In this document: positions 1 to 10,604 of the stretch, piece after piece
Layout: the number at the start of each line of letters is the position of its first letter
Position numbering within the stretch: position 1 is the stretch's first letter
Assembly (NCBI GenBank): GCA_001804705.1
Contig: MHAY01000010.1
Location: forward strand, 1,066-65,065
DNA: 64,000 bases
Source of the DNA: Ignavibacteria bacterium RIFOXYC2_FULL_35_21
Lineage (GTDB): Bacteria; Bacteroidota; Ignavibacteria; Kapaibacteriales; UBA2268
Direction: 5' to 3'
Notes under the pieces: generated by a model
Database searches by the model: none
Seen by the model: the letters and a program-made list of their open reading frames with translations, nothing else
What the model was told of the DNA's origin: nothing
Made by a program: the position numbers and the translations under genes

Positions 1-2
1 TT

Positions 3-2078
3 GAAGATTTGCCTATCAAGAAAACAGACACTATAACAGTAGAAATCAAGAATGACGGTAATGTTGATTTAATAATCACAGGTTATAAGGGTCCGACTAA
101 TCCGGCTTATAAAACTACGCTACCTGAAATATCAACAATAAATACACTAACTATTAAACCTGATAGCCCGCCTTATAAGTTTGATGTTGTATTCAGCCCG
201 TTACTGGAACAGGTTTACAGGGATTCCATTATCTTTTTCAGCGATGCTGACCAAATTGACAGTGTCGCAATTTTAAACGGCAATGGAATCCAGCCAGGTA
301 TGATTTCCACATCTTTTGACTGGGGAAGAAAACGAATCGGGAATGAATATTCAGCCGGGAATGAATGTATTGTTATAGAAAATACCAGTGATGGGGATGT
401 AACAATTTATGGCTTTGCTAAGAAGGTTAACAAGGGGGGAGAAGTATTTCAATTTGATGAGAAACTCTTAGATAATGTTACGATACAATCAGGAGATACA
501 ATATATATTCCTGTCAAATTCAAGCCACTGAATGTTGGAAAATATGAATTAGTGTTAGCTTATGACAACTCGATAAACTCCCAAACCGAAACAAGACTTT
601 TTGGAATCGGTGTTGACCCGAAGCTGGTACCTCAGGATGTTGACTTTGATACATCGGTCGTTAATCGTAAACAATATCCTATTCATGATACAGTAAGATT
701 TGAAAATGTTGATTGGGAATTTGGCGATATTATAAAGATTAATGATTTAAAAATCCTTCCCAACGGAGACGAGATTTCTACTGATATCGAGCAATATGGG
801 AAATTAGGATTCAAATTCGATAAGAATTCACTTCATCTGCCTCGTATTCTTTTACCTGGAGAGGTACTTGAAATACCAATGATGTTTGTTGCCCAAGATA
901 CCGGGCACGTTTATACTTCAATCAGGACTTTGAGCGATATTGAACCTGAAGTAACATCAAACATACATGGCTACGGAATTTACCAGAAACTCTCGATTAC
1001 ACCTACTTATACTAAACCTCCAAGTATATGTATCGGGGACCAGGATACTATTACATATTTATATGAAAATTTAGGTAATGAAACCATTAATATAATGGAT
1101 ATATCAATAATTAACCAAGAAAATAACCCTGAGCATTTCCGTTTTGAAGATCCGGCCTACCAATTGGGATTCTATCTTGAACCCGGACGTAACGAAAAAG
1201 TTAAAATTTTGTATAAGCCAGATAGACGGGGACATTCAGAAGGTAATTTAAAGACTTTAACAGACATGTTGTATGACAAAGACAAATACAACAAGCTGGA
1301 AGGCGAAGGCATTCAGAAGAAAAGGAGCATCCGGGTAGATTTAATGCAGGAAAACAACCGGGTTCAAATCGGGAACATGTTCCAATGTAACATCATACTC
1401 GAACCGGGTGAGGATATTGATTTCATAGACATTAAACAATTGAGTGTTGAAATAAGATACAATGGCGGGATAATAAAACCATATCCCGAAGATATTCGAT
1501 TAGGAGATTTACTCGAAGGAAGGTTCCAAATCAATGACCTAAGAATTACTGATATTCCCGGGATTATCAGATTGACACTGGACACTCTAAACGGGATACC
1601 TGGCCAAAAGCTATCAGGTGATGGCGAACTTCTTAAAATTATCTACCATACTTACCTTCCCACATCCAAGGATTCAAGCGACAGGTCAATTATTGACCCG
1701 TATGTTTCTCCTATTGCAACAGGCTGTGTTGACTTTTCAGATACAAAGACAGTTACTGTCCAAATTGAACCTGTTTGCATGAATGAAATCAGAACGATTG
1801 ATATTAACACTTTAAACTATGGCCTTGGGGCAATAAATCCAAATCCTGTTGGTGCAGAAGGCAGTGAAGTATTTTATTCAATCGGCCTTGAAGGCACTAC
1901 AAAATTTGAAATTCTGAACTCACAGGGAAATAGAATTTATTACTTTACATATCAAAACCAGAAACCGGGAGTTTATACATTTAATATACCAACCGAAATC
2001 CTCGAATCAGGTATTTACTGGTTCAGGATGGTGTCGGGGCCTTTCGCTTCCACAAAGGAATTCATTATAATCAAGTAA
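3..2078 (+). CDS. T9SS-sorted surface protein with tandem Ig-like (choice-of-anchor D/ASH-like) domains and a cohesin-like domain; 5'-partial
   Basis: Frame is open to the window edge. Repeated Ig-like units end in G-x-G. C-terminal INPNP...SGIYWFRM...KEFIIIK is a T9SS type A CTD signature. Confidence 0.8.
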   Translation, partial: EDLPIKKTDTITVEIKNDGNVDLIITGYKGPTNPAYKTTLPEISTINTLTIKPDSPPYKFDVVFSPLLEQVYRDSIIFFSDADQIDSVAILNGNGIQPGMISTSFDWGRKRIGNEYSAGNECIVIENTSDGDVTIYGFAKKVNKGGEVFQFDEKLLDNVTIQSGDTIYIPVKFKPLNVGKYELVLAYDNSINSQTETRLFGIGVDPKLVPQDVDFDTSVVNRKQYPIHDTVRFENVDWEFGDIIKINDLKILPNGDEISTDIEQYGKLGFKFDKNSLHLPRILLPGEVLEIPMMFVAQDTGHVYTSIRTLSDIEPEVTSNIHGYGIYQKLSITPTYTKPPSICIGDQDTITYLYENLGNETINIMDISIINQENNPEHFRFEDPAYQLGFYLEPGRNEKVKILYKPDRRGHSEGNLKTLTDMLYDKDKYNKLEGEGIQKKRSIRVDLMQENNRVQIGNMFQCNIILEPGEDIDFIDIKQLSVEIRYNGGIIKPYPEDIRLGDLLEGRFQINDLRITDIPGIIRLTLDTLNGIPGQKLSGDGELLKIIYHTYLPTSKDSSDRSIIDPYVSPIATGCVDFSDTKTVTVQIEPVCMNEIRTIDINTLNYGLGAINPNPVGAEGSEVFYSIGLEGTTKFEILNSQGNRIYYFTYQNQKPGVYTFNIPTEILESGIYWFRMVSGPFASTKEFIIIK

Positions 2079-2100
2079 AAAAAACTCTAATATTTATTAA

Positions 2101-2288
2101 TCCCAAATTATTCATTAGAAGTTTATCATTATCCAAAAGGCAAGTGTCTGACTGACATTCTGAGAAGTGTAACGACGAAGATTCTGAAACCCCCTTAATC
2201 CCCCTTTGAAAAAGGGGGAAAGATGCTTCGACTTCGCTCAGCATGACATTAAATTATACCATTTCAATTTCTATTGAATAATCTGGGT
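2101..2288. mobile_element. 188-bp MITE-like element, copy 1
   Basis: Imperfect TIRs TCCCAAATTATTCATTAGAA / TTCTATTGAATAATCTGGGT, flanked by TAA on both sides. Differs from copy 2 at 7 positions by eye. Confidence 0.85.
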
Positions 2289-2419
2289 TAATCAAATTTT
2301 CTTCGATTCATATTCCTCTAAATAACAGAATCACAACAAACATTTAACTTTCTCGTTTTATTACTGCAATTTAATTTGATTTTAAAAAAATTATAAATAC
2401 TTCTCAGGAGTAAAGCAAT

Positions 2420-3949
2420 ATGAAAAGAAGATTATTTGCAAGGACAAGCCTTATTGGAGGAGGAGTTCTTCTCAGTGCAATATTAGTTTTATTTGTTTTT
2501 TCTTCTATTGGCACTAAGTTATTTGCAGATGGGCCAACTATCGGAGCCAGCAAGCCTCCGGTCGTTGTAAGCGAGCAGGTTAAAGCATTAAATGATGCTT
2601 ATGTAAACGTTAGTAATGCAGTAATACCGACAGTGGTATCTGTTAGTGTTGTTGTTGAGAATAAAGATACAGGCCAGATGAATGAACAATTCAGAGAGTT
2701 CTTCAAGTTTTTCGGACAACCTTTCGGTGATAACGAAAATCCCAACTTCCACAAATCCGAAGGAAGCGGCTCAGGTGTTATTATTTCAGATGACGGATAT
2801 ATCGTAACGAATAATCATGTCGTCGAGAATGCGACAGAAATTACAGTTACAACGAACGATAAGAAAGAACATAAAGCCAAGCTGATTGGCAGGGACCCCC
2901 TCACCGACCTTGCTGTAATCAAGATTGAAGGTAACAATTTTCAGGTTGCTCATTTCGGGGACATTGAGAATGTTAAAGTTGGAGAAATGGTTATTGCCGT
3001 TGGAAATCCTCTCGGATTGAATTCAACCGTTACAGGCGGCATAGTTAGCGCAATCGGAAGAGGAGGTTTGGCACTTGGAAATGACAGAAGCGGTTATTCC
3101 GTTGAGAATTTCATTCAGACAGATGCGGCGATTAATCCCGGCAATAGCGGCGGAGGCTTGTTTAACTTAGAAGGAAGTCTCGTTGGAATTAATTCAGCCA
3201 TTGCCACCAGAACCGGCACATACATCGGTTATGGTTTTGCTATACCAATAGATTTAGTAAAAGCTGTGATTCTCGACCTGATTGATGACGGCAAAGTTAA
3301 CAGGGGATACATTGGTGTCAGAATCAAAACCGTAGATGAGATTGAAGCAAAATCTTCGGGATTGGACAAAGTCGAAGGTGCTATGGTTCATGAGGTAATA
3401 AAAGACCAGGCGGCAGACAAAGCGGGACTTGAAATGGGTGACATCATACTTGAGATTGATGGTAAGGTGCTTAAAACATCTAATGAATTACAGAATCAAA
3501 TTGTACTTCACAGGGCAGGAGATGTTGTTGATTTGACAATCTGGAGAGACGGAAAGAAAATCCATAAATCTGTAAAGCTCCTCGCACGCGATGAAGAAAA
3601 GGACGATGTGAAGACTGTTGCAGGTAAAGAGCCAAAAAAAGATGAGGAAAGCAATAAACCCATCACATTTGATAAGCTTGGTTTTAGCATAGGCCCTCTG
3701 ACAAGTGAAATTAAAAAGAACAATGATGTCAGCAAGGGCGTAGTCGTTACCAAAGTTGACAGGTTTGGCAAAGCCGCAGAGCGGGGCCTTTCTCCGAATG
3801 GTGTTATTGTGAAGGCAGACAGAAAGGAATTAAATTCACCCGAACAATTAAAAAAACTCATTGATTCAAAGAAGCCGGGTGATGCAATATTATTGCAATT
3901 GAAATATCCCGATGCAAGCAGGATTGTTGCCCTGGAAATACCTGATTGA
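2420..3949 (+). CDS. degP: Do/DegP/HtrA family serine protease with two PDZ domains
   Basis: TNNHVV, DLAVIK and INPGNSGG catalytic motifs; two PDZ domains; AGGAG RBS upstream. Confidence 0.92.
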   Translation: MKRRLFARTSLIGGGVLLSAILVLFVFSSIGTKLFADGPTIGASKPPVVVSEQVKALNDAYVNVSNAVIPTVVSVSVVVENKDTGQMNEQFREFFKFFGQPFGDNENPNFHKSEGSGSGVIISDDGYIVTNNHVVENATEITVTTNDKKEHKAKLIGRDPLTDLAVIKIEGNNFQVAHFGDIENVKVGEMVIAVGNPLGLNSTVTGGIVSAIGRGGLALGNDRSGYSVENFIQTDAAINPGNSGGGLFNLEGSLVGINSAIATRTGTYIGYGFAIPIDLVKAVILDLIDDGKVNRGYIGVRIKTVDEIEAKSSGLDKVEGAMVHEVIKDQAADKAGLEMGDIILEIDGKVLKTSNELQNQIVLHRAGDVVDLTIWRDGKKIHKSVKLLARDEEKDDVKTVAGKEPKKDEESNKPITFDKLGFSIGPLTSEIKKNNDVSKGVVVTKVDRFGKAAERGLSPNGVIVKADRKELNSPEQLKKLIDSKKPGDAILLQLKYPDASRIVALEIPD

Positions 3950-3966
3950 TTTTCAAGCTTAATATT

Positions 3967-4008
3967 TAGCGGTAAAATTTCTTGTTAAATTTTACCGCTA
4001 TTTTTTTT
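3967..4008 (+). terminator. Intrinsic terminator after degP
   Basis: TAGCGGTAAAATTT-loop-AAATTTTACCGCTA followed by T8. Confidence 0.85.
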
Positions 4009-4009
4009 A

Positions 4010-4197
4010 TCCCAAATTATTCATTAGAAGTTTATTATTATCCTAAAAGCAAGTGCCTGACTGACATTCTGAGAAGTGTAACGACGAAGATTCTGAAACC
4101 CCCTTAATCCCCCTTTGAAAAAGGGGGAAAGATGCTTCGACTTCGCTCAGGATGACATTAAATTATACCATATCAATTTCTATTGAATACTCTGGGT
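4010..4197. mobile_element. 188-bp MITE-like element, copy 2
   Basis: Same orientation and TIRs as 2101-2288. Flanked by TTA on both sides; the right TTA is the stop codon of the addB-like gene. Confidence 0.85.
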
Positions 4198-7100
4198 TTA
4201 TTCATTTTCATCTTCACCATTAAATCCCACCCAGGTTTTCTCATCAATTCTGCAAATTGATTTATAATCACAGTATAAACATGCGCCGGGTTTCGGTTCG
4301 ACAGGAAATTCACGATTATTAATCGAATTGATTATTGAAGTACAAATCTCGGTTGTTTCTTCGAGGATAAAATCCATTTCATTTTTTGTTACTATACTAC
4401 CGGGTTTTCTGCCCTTAATTTGGAGTTTAAAGAAATCGTTATTTTTCAAATAAAAAATTCCAGGCTGTTCTTGAACATCTTTTGGATTTAATATATAGTA
4501 AACAGCGCCCGCGAGTTCAGGATGTATATCATAATATTGTTCTAATATATTTTTTGCCGCGAGCAAATACAAGGGCATTTGAAAGGATGTATTTTTCGTG
4601 CTTTGGGTGAATGTACCTATTGAACCTGACTTGCTTTTATAGTCTGCTACAAGCAAAAATATTTTATTATCCTGTTTAAGAAATTCAATCCTGTCAATTT
4701 TTCCTCTCAAATAAAAATCATCATTTATTTTCACAGGTTGCACCGTGGATGATTTACCGTGATAAAAAGACAATCCGAAACCAAATTCGAATAGTGAAGG
4801 TAAAAATTGCCAGCCCTCATTATATCTTTTCAACTCAGCTTTGAGCCATGCCTCCAAGACTCCATATTTTTTATCCGTTCCAATAATTTCTTCGGCTTCC
4901 AATTCGAAAAAAGGATGGGCATATTGGATTTTTTTTAATTCATCATCCGCTATTTCTTTGAGGAGTTTTATATAGTAAGGTTTTTTCTCGGGAAACAGAC
5001 GAACACTTGCAAGTACGGGGATTCCGGCAGCTTTTGGGGTAATTAATATATCAGAATTTTCATTCTTAATTTGTTCATCCTGCAAAGTCGAATAAAATCT
5101 GTATAAAATATTATGGTAAATACTTCCTTTTTCTGTTGCCTCGAGCGCATAATCTTCAATTTTTTCTTCGACAGGTTTAATATGTTTTCTTACAAAATAT
5201 TTGAACGGACAGGATGCATAAGTTTCCAAATCCGAAACAGAGAATGTGTTCTGTTTTTTTGCTTCTTTATCATCAATTATAATTTCAGATTCAATTTTAC
5301 TCACATGCTCAATCTGAGCAATTTTATAATTTCTGAAATATTTTATATAATCGAGACTTTGAGTAAATGTCTGCATATTCGTTATTAAATTGTCAGGTAT
5401 TTTTGATAAACCTTCTTTTGTATAATATTCAAGAAATTCGGATTCATTTGAGATTGAATAAAGCCATTCAAACTCATTATCGTCTTCTGTCCCCCGATGA
5501 ATATTTTTTCTCATTTCAGAGAGATTAAATTCATAATCCTCTTTATGAGCACCGACTAATTTTAGCAGAGAATCAATAAAGGGAGATTTGACCAATTCTT
5601 CCCCTTCATTATACCTGGGATAAGTGATAAATATTTTTTTATTTCCGCTATTCAGACTTTCCGAATCATTCGCCAGAAATTGGAAAAACTGCATTCTCTC
5701 CGATAAAATATGTTTCTCCTCAGAATCAGGAAGTGGTTTGCCAAGAAAAATATCAGTCTGGTATGATAATGGAAATTCACCGTCCAATGCACCGCACAGA
5801 AACATAACTTTGTATGGTATTCCTCTCGTCTGCTCGATTGATGTTACGGTTACACCATAATTATGTTTTTCCCTGAGCTGATATTTAGCTGATGTAACCA
5901 TTGTTTTAAACCTGTTTACAAGCTCTTCGAGACTGAACTTTTTCTTAGGGTATCTTTCCTCATAAATGAAAGCAAATTCACCTAATAAATTTATCATAGT
6001 TGAAAATGCCCTGCCGTCCCTTTCCACTTCCTCGAGGAGAATCGTTCTTTCAATAGATGATAACATTTTTGATGATTTTATAAAATCATAAAGTTTGAGA
6101 ATGTTTTCCCTGACATTAAAATTTTTTAAAATTTTCTCTTTAATAGTATCCTCGAATTCGGATGGCAAATATTTGCCTGATGGCTTTGGCAACATCTTTT
6201 GTAGTGTTACAAAATCAGAAAAAGCTTTTTTAATATTCGATAATTCAGCTAAATCCTTTTCTATTTCCATATGGTCAGCGGAACTCAATTTTTTTAGTTT
6301 GTCAATTTTAATATTCAAAGCATCAATGTAACTTCTTAACCTTGTTTCCCAGAATTTAGCACCACCTCTTCTTGCACCACCTGTGATTCTGAGATTTATA
6401 GCTACAGAATATAAATTATCTCCGTCAATTGATTTATTATCTCCATTAGTATTCCTAAGGTATGAAAGGTAAGGGCTGAGGACAGCCCTGTGAATATCAT
6501 CCCTGCGATAGCCTCGGGTTAGAATGTCAAGCAGCGAGAATACAGATATTGCGACAGGAGACCTGTCGAGTGGATACCTGTCCGATATATTTACAGGAAT
6601 GTTATACAAAGAAAATATTTCTCTGAATAGTTCCGAATAATTATCAGGCTTTCTTGTGCAGATGCAGATTTCACCGGCAGTATAATTGTTATTTATAATT
6701 AAATATTTTACCAGCCTTGAAATTGAAACAACTTCATCCAACCTTGAATCTGCAGCAAATATTTTAACTATATTTTTAAAATCAGGGCCCTTTACTTTTG
6801 TTTCGGGAGTGAAAAGCCATTTGCTTATAAAATATTTCCGATTCTGCTCCTGAGCCTCTAATTTCTCTTCATTTACCTCATTTGATATAAGTTTGAAACC
6901 CTTGTTTGTCAGGGATAAAATCGTGTTTTCAAGAGTGGCACCCAATGGACCAAACAATGTTGAATAATCAATTACAATTGCAAGAGGAACCGGGATATCA
7001 GCAAAGAATGAAATAAAACATATTTCAGGTTGTTTGAATTCACTGAATCCATCGAATAAAATTCTGGATTGAGCAGTAAAAAGCCTAATTATAATATTAG

Positions 7101-7698
7101 TATCTGTTTCGATAATATTATTTGTAAGATTTAGCAATTCAGGATAGTCAAGATATTTATTCCCAAGTAAATTCTGATATGTTTCATACAAAGAAATTAT
7201 ATCAGATAGTTTTTCAGGTTCGATATCCTCGTCATATTCACCCGGAGAAATCAACTCATTTTTTAATTGCTCAACACTGATTCCATCTTCTTTTAATCCA
7301 TAAATCAAATCCGAAAGTTTTTGTAGTATTACGGAAGAAAGCGGTTTATCAGATTGTTTATAAAATCTTAATTTAGCTTTTTCAGATGCTTCTTCAAATA
7401 ATGCAAACCGGTAAGAATCTGAAATCAACCTGTAATCTTTTTGATTGGATATTTTCCAAAAAATTGATGTAACAAATGATTTCAAGGTTAAAATATTGAA
7501 ATTGGTTACGGGCTTATTATATCTTTCAAAATATTTCCTGACTGCCTTAAGTTGAAGATGATTAACAAGTTTACCGGTAGGAACAATCAGGTTTGCTAAT
7601 TCAGGATTATCGTTTTCAATGGCATAATTAATTAAGCTCTCCGAACCGGCGAGATTCAGGTTTTGTTCAAATGATTTATTAAATAATATCTGCGGCAT
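4198..7698 (-). CDS. addB: AddB/RexB-like protein: inactive helicase scaffold plus C-terminal PD-(D/E)XK nuclease
   Basis: SVSDLETYASCPFKYF, LRGKIDRIE, DYKS and QMPLY motifs. CLYCDYKSIC supplies Fe-S staple cysteines. Confidence 0.8.
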   Translation of the reverse strand: MPQILFNKSFEQNLNLAGSESLINYAIENDNPELANLIVPTGKLVNHLQLKAVRKYFERYNKPVTNFNILTLKSFVTSIFWKISNQKDYRLISDSYRFALFEEASEKAKLRFYKQSDKPLSSVILQKLSDLIYGLKEDGISVEQLKNELISPGEYDEDIEPEKLSDIISLYETYQNLLGNKYLDYPELLNLTNNIIETDTNIIIRLFTAQSRILFDGFSEFKQPEICFISFFADIPVPLAIVIDYSTLFGPLGATLENTILSLTNKGFKLISNEVNEEKLEAQEQNRKYFISKWLFTPETKVKGPDFKNIVKIFAADSRLDEVVSISRLVKYLIINNNYTAGEICICTRKPDNYSELFREIFSLYNIPVNISDRYPLDRSPVAISVFSLLDILTRGYRRDDIHRAVLSPYLSYLRNTNGDNKSIDGDNLYSVAINLRITGGARRGGAKFWETRLRSYIDALNIKIDKLKKLSSADHMEIEKDLAELSNIKKAFSDFVTLQKMLPKPSGKYLPSEFEDTIKEKILKNFNVRENILKLYDFIKSSKMLSSIERTILLEEVERDGRAFSTMINLLGEFAFIYEERYPKKKFSLEELVNRFKTMVTSAKYQLREKHNYGVTVTSIEQTRGIPYKVMFLCGALDGEFPLSYQTDIFLGKPLPDSEEKHILSERMQFFQFLANDSESLNSGNKKIFITYPRYNEGEELVKSPFIDSLLKLVGAHKEDYEFNLSEMRKNIHRGTEDDNEFEWLYSISNESEFLEYYTKEGLSKIPDNLITNMQTFTQSLDYIKYFRNYKIAQIEHVSKIESEIIIDDKEAKKQNTFSVSDLETYASCPFKYFVRKHIKPVEEKIEDYALEATEKGSIYHNILYRFYSTLQDEQIKNENSDILITPKAAGIPVLASVRLFPEKKPYYIKLLKEIADDELKKIQYAHPFFELEAEEIIGTDKKYGVLEAWLKAELKRYNEGWQFLPSLFEFGFGLSFYHGKSSTVQPVKINDDFYLRGKIDRIEFLKQDNKIFLLVADYKSKSGSIGTFTQSTKNTSFQMPLYLLAAKNILEQYYDIHPELAGAVYYILNPKDVQEQPGIFYLKNNDFFKLQIKGRKPGSIVTKNEMDFILEETTEICTSIINSINNREFPVEPKPGACLYCDYKSICRIDEKTWVGFNGEDENE

Positions 7699-7858
7699 AA
7701 CTAATATGAATATTAGTGAAAACTTAGAGCCATTATTACTTTCGGCAAAATTTAATTTAACAAAAGTTTGGGAAATAAAGCAAAGGTATTACTATAATTT
7801 TAGTAGTTTTGTTTTCTAATTTTTTTCAAATTGTCAATAAAGAAAAAAAGATATTAAA

Positions 7859-9463
7859 ATGAAAAAATTGTTGTTATTAGGTGACGAAGCAATAGCTCAG
7901 GGAGCAATTGATTCAGGTATATCAGGTATTTATGCTTACCCGGGAACACCCTCGACAGAAATCATGGAATATGTGCAACATTCAAAAGCAGGTAGAGAAG
8001 GACAAGTCCACTGCAAATGGTCAGCAAACGAAAAAACGGCTATGGAAACCGCTCTCGGAATGTCTTATGCGGGAAAAAGGGCTTTGGTATGTATGAAGCA
8101 TGTGGGATTGAATGTAGCTGCTGACCCGTTTATGTGTTCAGCAATCACCGGAGCGAACGGCGGCTTAATTATAGCTTCTGCAGATGACCCATCAATGCAC
8201 TCATCACAAAACGAGCAGGATTCAAGGTTCTATGGAAAGTTTGCTATGGTACCCATTCTTGAGCCATCCGACCAGCAGGAAGCTTACGATATGATGCATT
8301 ATGGTTATGATTTATCCGAAAAATATCATGTGCCTGTTCTGCTTAGAATCACAACCAGATTAGCTCACTCGCGTTCAGCAGTTATTGTAAAAGAACCAAA
8401 AGCACAAAATTCAATTAACACACCACAAGATTCTATCCAATATGTTCTTCTTCCATCGAATGCAAGAAAGAGATATAAAACTTTGCTCGGAATACAATCC
8501 GCACTTGAAAAAGAATCGGAAAATTCAGGTTTTAATAAATATATTGAAGGAAAAGATAAATCTTTGGGGATAATAGTCAGCGGTATTGCTTATAATTATC
8601 TATTGGAAAATTATGATGGTGGTGAAATTCCTTTTCCCTTTATTAAGATAAGCCATTACCCGCTTCCCAAAAATATGTTTGAAAGACTCTGCGATGAATG
8701 TAATGAAATAATGGTGATTGAAGAAGGTTATCCATTGATTGAGGAATCGCTATCTGGCTTACTTGGAAGAGGTGTGAAAGTCAGAGGAAGGTTTGATGGT
8801 TCCATACCGAGAGATGGGGAATTGAATCCGAATATTGTTGCACAGGCACTTGGTTTAGAAAATAAGGCCATTAATCCGATATCTGATTATGTGGTAAGCA
8901 GGCCTCCATCATTATGTAACGGATGTCCTCACGCTGATACATTCATGGCTATTAATGAAGCTATGTCTGTTTATTCAAAAGGAAGAGTTTTGTCAGATAT
9001 AGGATGTTATACACTTGGAGCTCTTCCTCCTTATCAATCAATTAACTCGTGCGTTGATATGGGTGCATCCATTACAATGGCAAAAGGTGCGGCTGATGCA
9101 GGTTTACTGCCTTCAATTTCTGTTATAGGGGATTCAACTTTCACCCATTCCGGAATTACAGGTTTGCTCGATGCTGTGAATGATAAATCTCCAATCACAG
9201 TATTCATTCTCGATAATTACACAACAGCTATGACCGGAGGACAGTTCTCCCCTGCTAACGGAAGAATCGAAGACATTTGCAAAGGTGTGGGTGTCGAAGA
9301 AGAACATATTAGAATCATTGAGCCGTTGAAGAAAAATCATAGTGAAAACGTAAGGATAATGAAAGAAGAAATTGCCTACCAGGGTGTTTCTGTTATTATA
9401 CCGAGAAGAGAGTGCGTTGTTACTTTAACTCAGAAATCGAAAGAAAAGAAAAAAGCTAAATAG
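7859..9463 (+). CDS. iorA: Indolepyruvate ferredoxin oxidoreductase alpha subunit
   Basis: YPGTPSTE, MKHVGLNVAADP, CNGCPH, DIGCY and GDSTFTHSG (TPP-binding) motifs. Confidence 0.93.
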   Translation: MKKLLLLGDEAIAQGAIDSGISGIYAYPGTPSTEIMEYVQHSKAGREGQVHCKWSANEKTAMETALGMSYAGKRALVCMKHVGLNVAADPFMCSAITGANGGLIIASADDPSMHSSQNEQDSRFYGKFAMVPILEPSDQQEAYDMMHYGYDLSEKYHVPVLLRITTRLAHSRSAVIVKEPKAQNSINTPQDSIQYVLLPSNARKRYKTLLGIQSALEKESENSGFNKYIEGKDKSLGIIVSGIAYNYLLENYDGGEIPFPFIKISHYPLPKNMFERLCDECNEIMVIEEGYPLIEESLSGLLGRGVKVRGRFDGSIPRDGELNPNIVAQALGLENKAINPISDYVVSRPPSLCNGCPHADTFMAINEAMSVYSKGRVLSDIGCYTLGALPPYQSINSCVDMGASITMAKGAADAGLLPSISVIGDSTFTHSGITGLLDAVNDKSPITVFILDNYTTAMTGGQFSPANGRIEDICKGVGVEEEHIRIIEPLKKNHSENVRIMKEEIAYQGVSVIIPRRECVVTLTQKSKEKKKAK

Positions 9464-9470
9464 TAATAAA

Positions 9471-9551
9471 TGTCATTTTGAACGAAGTGAAGAATCTTCT
9501 GGTTTTCGCACCAGCACTCAAATTAGATTCTTCTTTTCACTCAGAATGACA
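9471..9551. repeat. Palindromic REP-like element (TGTCATTYTGA...GAAGAATCT / AGATTCTTC...TCAGAATGACA family)
   Basis: Inverted arms of about 27 bp around a variable spacer. Same family at 13040-13119, 34104-34131, 49070-49095 and inside the MITEs. Confidence 0.8.
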
Positions 9552-9611
9552 AAAAGAAAATTAAATTTGAATTACCAAAACAAGTTAATTAGAATTAGAG
9601 AATTTGCTCGT

Positions 9612-10193
9612 ATGAAAAAAGATATTATAATAGCAGGTGTCGGCGGACAAGGGATTGTATCAATTGCTGCAGTTATCGGATACGCTTCGGTTGAAGCGGG
9701 TTTGTTTCTCAAGCAGAGTGAAGTTCATGGAATGAGCCAGAGGGGCGGAGAAGTATATTCGCACTTCAGGCTGTCCGACAAAGAAATAGCTTCAGACCTC
9801 ATTCCACAGGGTAAAGCGGATTTGATTATCTCTATTGAACCAATGGAAGCTCTAAGGTATCTGCCAATGCTCAATTCAGAAGGCTGGGTAATTACAAACA
9901 CAACTCCATTTATAAATATACCGAATTATCCCGATATTGAAAAAGTGCTCGCAGAGATAAAAAAGTATCCGAATAACATTACAATTGATGCAGACAAGAT
10001 TGCAAAAAACCTCAAATCACCCAAATCGGCTAATATAGTTCTGCTGGGTGCGGCTTCCCAATTCCTCGCTCTCGATTATGAAAAACTTGAAAATGCAATT
10101 AAACTCCTTTTCGGAAGAAAAGGGGAAGATGTTGTAAATGCAAATCTGAATGCGTTAAAAGCTGGGAGAGAATTTGCGAGTAAAATAAATTGA
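9612..10193 (+). CDS. iorB: Indolepyruvate ferredoxin oxidoreductase beta subunit
   Basis: AGVGGQG and EVHGMSQRGG motifs. Start moved to ATG 9612 because the ORF-track start lies inside the repeat. Confidence 0.92.
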   Translation: MKKDIIIAGVGGQGIVSIAAVIGYASVEAGLFLKQSEVHGMSQRGGEVYSHFRLSDKEIASDLIPQGKADLIISIEPMEALRYLPMLNSEGWVITNTTPFINIPNYPDIEKVLAEIKKYPNNITIDADKIAKNLKSPKSANIVLLGAASQFLALDYEKLENAIKLLFGRKGEDVVNANLNALKAGREFASKIN

Positions 10194-10244
10194 GAAGATA
10201 TTTATTATTTATTTTCATAAATTAGTACGGTTTAATCAATGTAA

Positions 10245-10412
10245 ATGATATTTATGAAAACTAATAACACAGATTCAGAATGTGAGGACTTAAATAATTT
10301 GGTTGTCACAGATGATACTGAGTACTTGCTCTCGATTCCCGGTATGCGCGAATCAATAATCGAAGGTAATAATACACCTCTTGATGAATGTTTTGAGGAA
10401 TTGGATTGGTAA
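10245..10412 (+). pseudogene. N-terminally truncated Phd/YefM antitoxin (55 aa)
   Basis: My translation ends TEYLLSIPGMRESIIEGNNTPLDECFEELDW, a typical YefM-family C-terminus. The N-terminal DNA-binding part is absent. Confidence 0.75.
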
Positions 10413-10498
10413 TGTAGATGATTTATAATCGCCTTGTTTATCAAATATTGGACAAAGAAAAAACTGTAAAAATAATTCGCATGTGGACACATTATTAA
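10412..10498 (+). pseudogene. Txe/YoeB toxin remnant (stop at codon 2, large internal deletion)
   Basis: TAATG overlap with the antitoxin, then ATG-TAG, then in-frame MIYNRLVYQILDKEKTVKIIRMWTHY, the YoeB C-terminus. Confidence 0.8.
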
Positions 10499-10604
10499 TA
10501 GTATCATTGACAAAGAATGCAAATGTTGATATCGTTGTGTTTTCATTAAAATAATTATTCCCTTTTACGTTTATTATATTTGAAAATAATTACAGGAGAG
10601 ATAA

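Noticed and set aside
2101-4197. Composite transposon carrying degP between two direct-repeat MITEs
   Set aside because: Each copy has its own flanking 3-bp duplication (TAA vs TTA) and the outer flanks differ, which fits independent insertions.
4198-7698. C-terminal nuclease with Fe-S cysteines as a Cas4-like CRISPR protein
   Set aside because: Fused to a long degenerate helicase scaffold typical of AddB-type repair proteins, with no cas context.
9546-9611. N-terminal extensions on iorB (and dprA, 12990-13085)
   Set aside because: They start in or run through REP-like repeats; downstream ATGs match the family N-termini.
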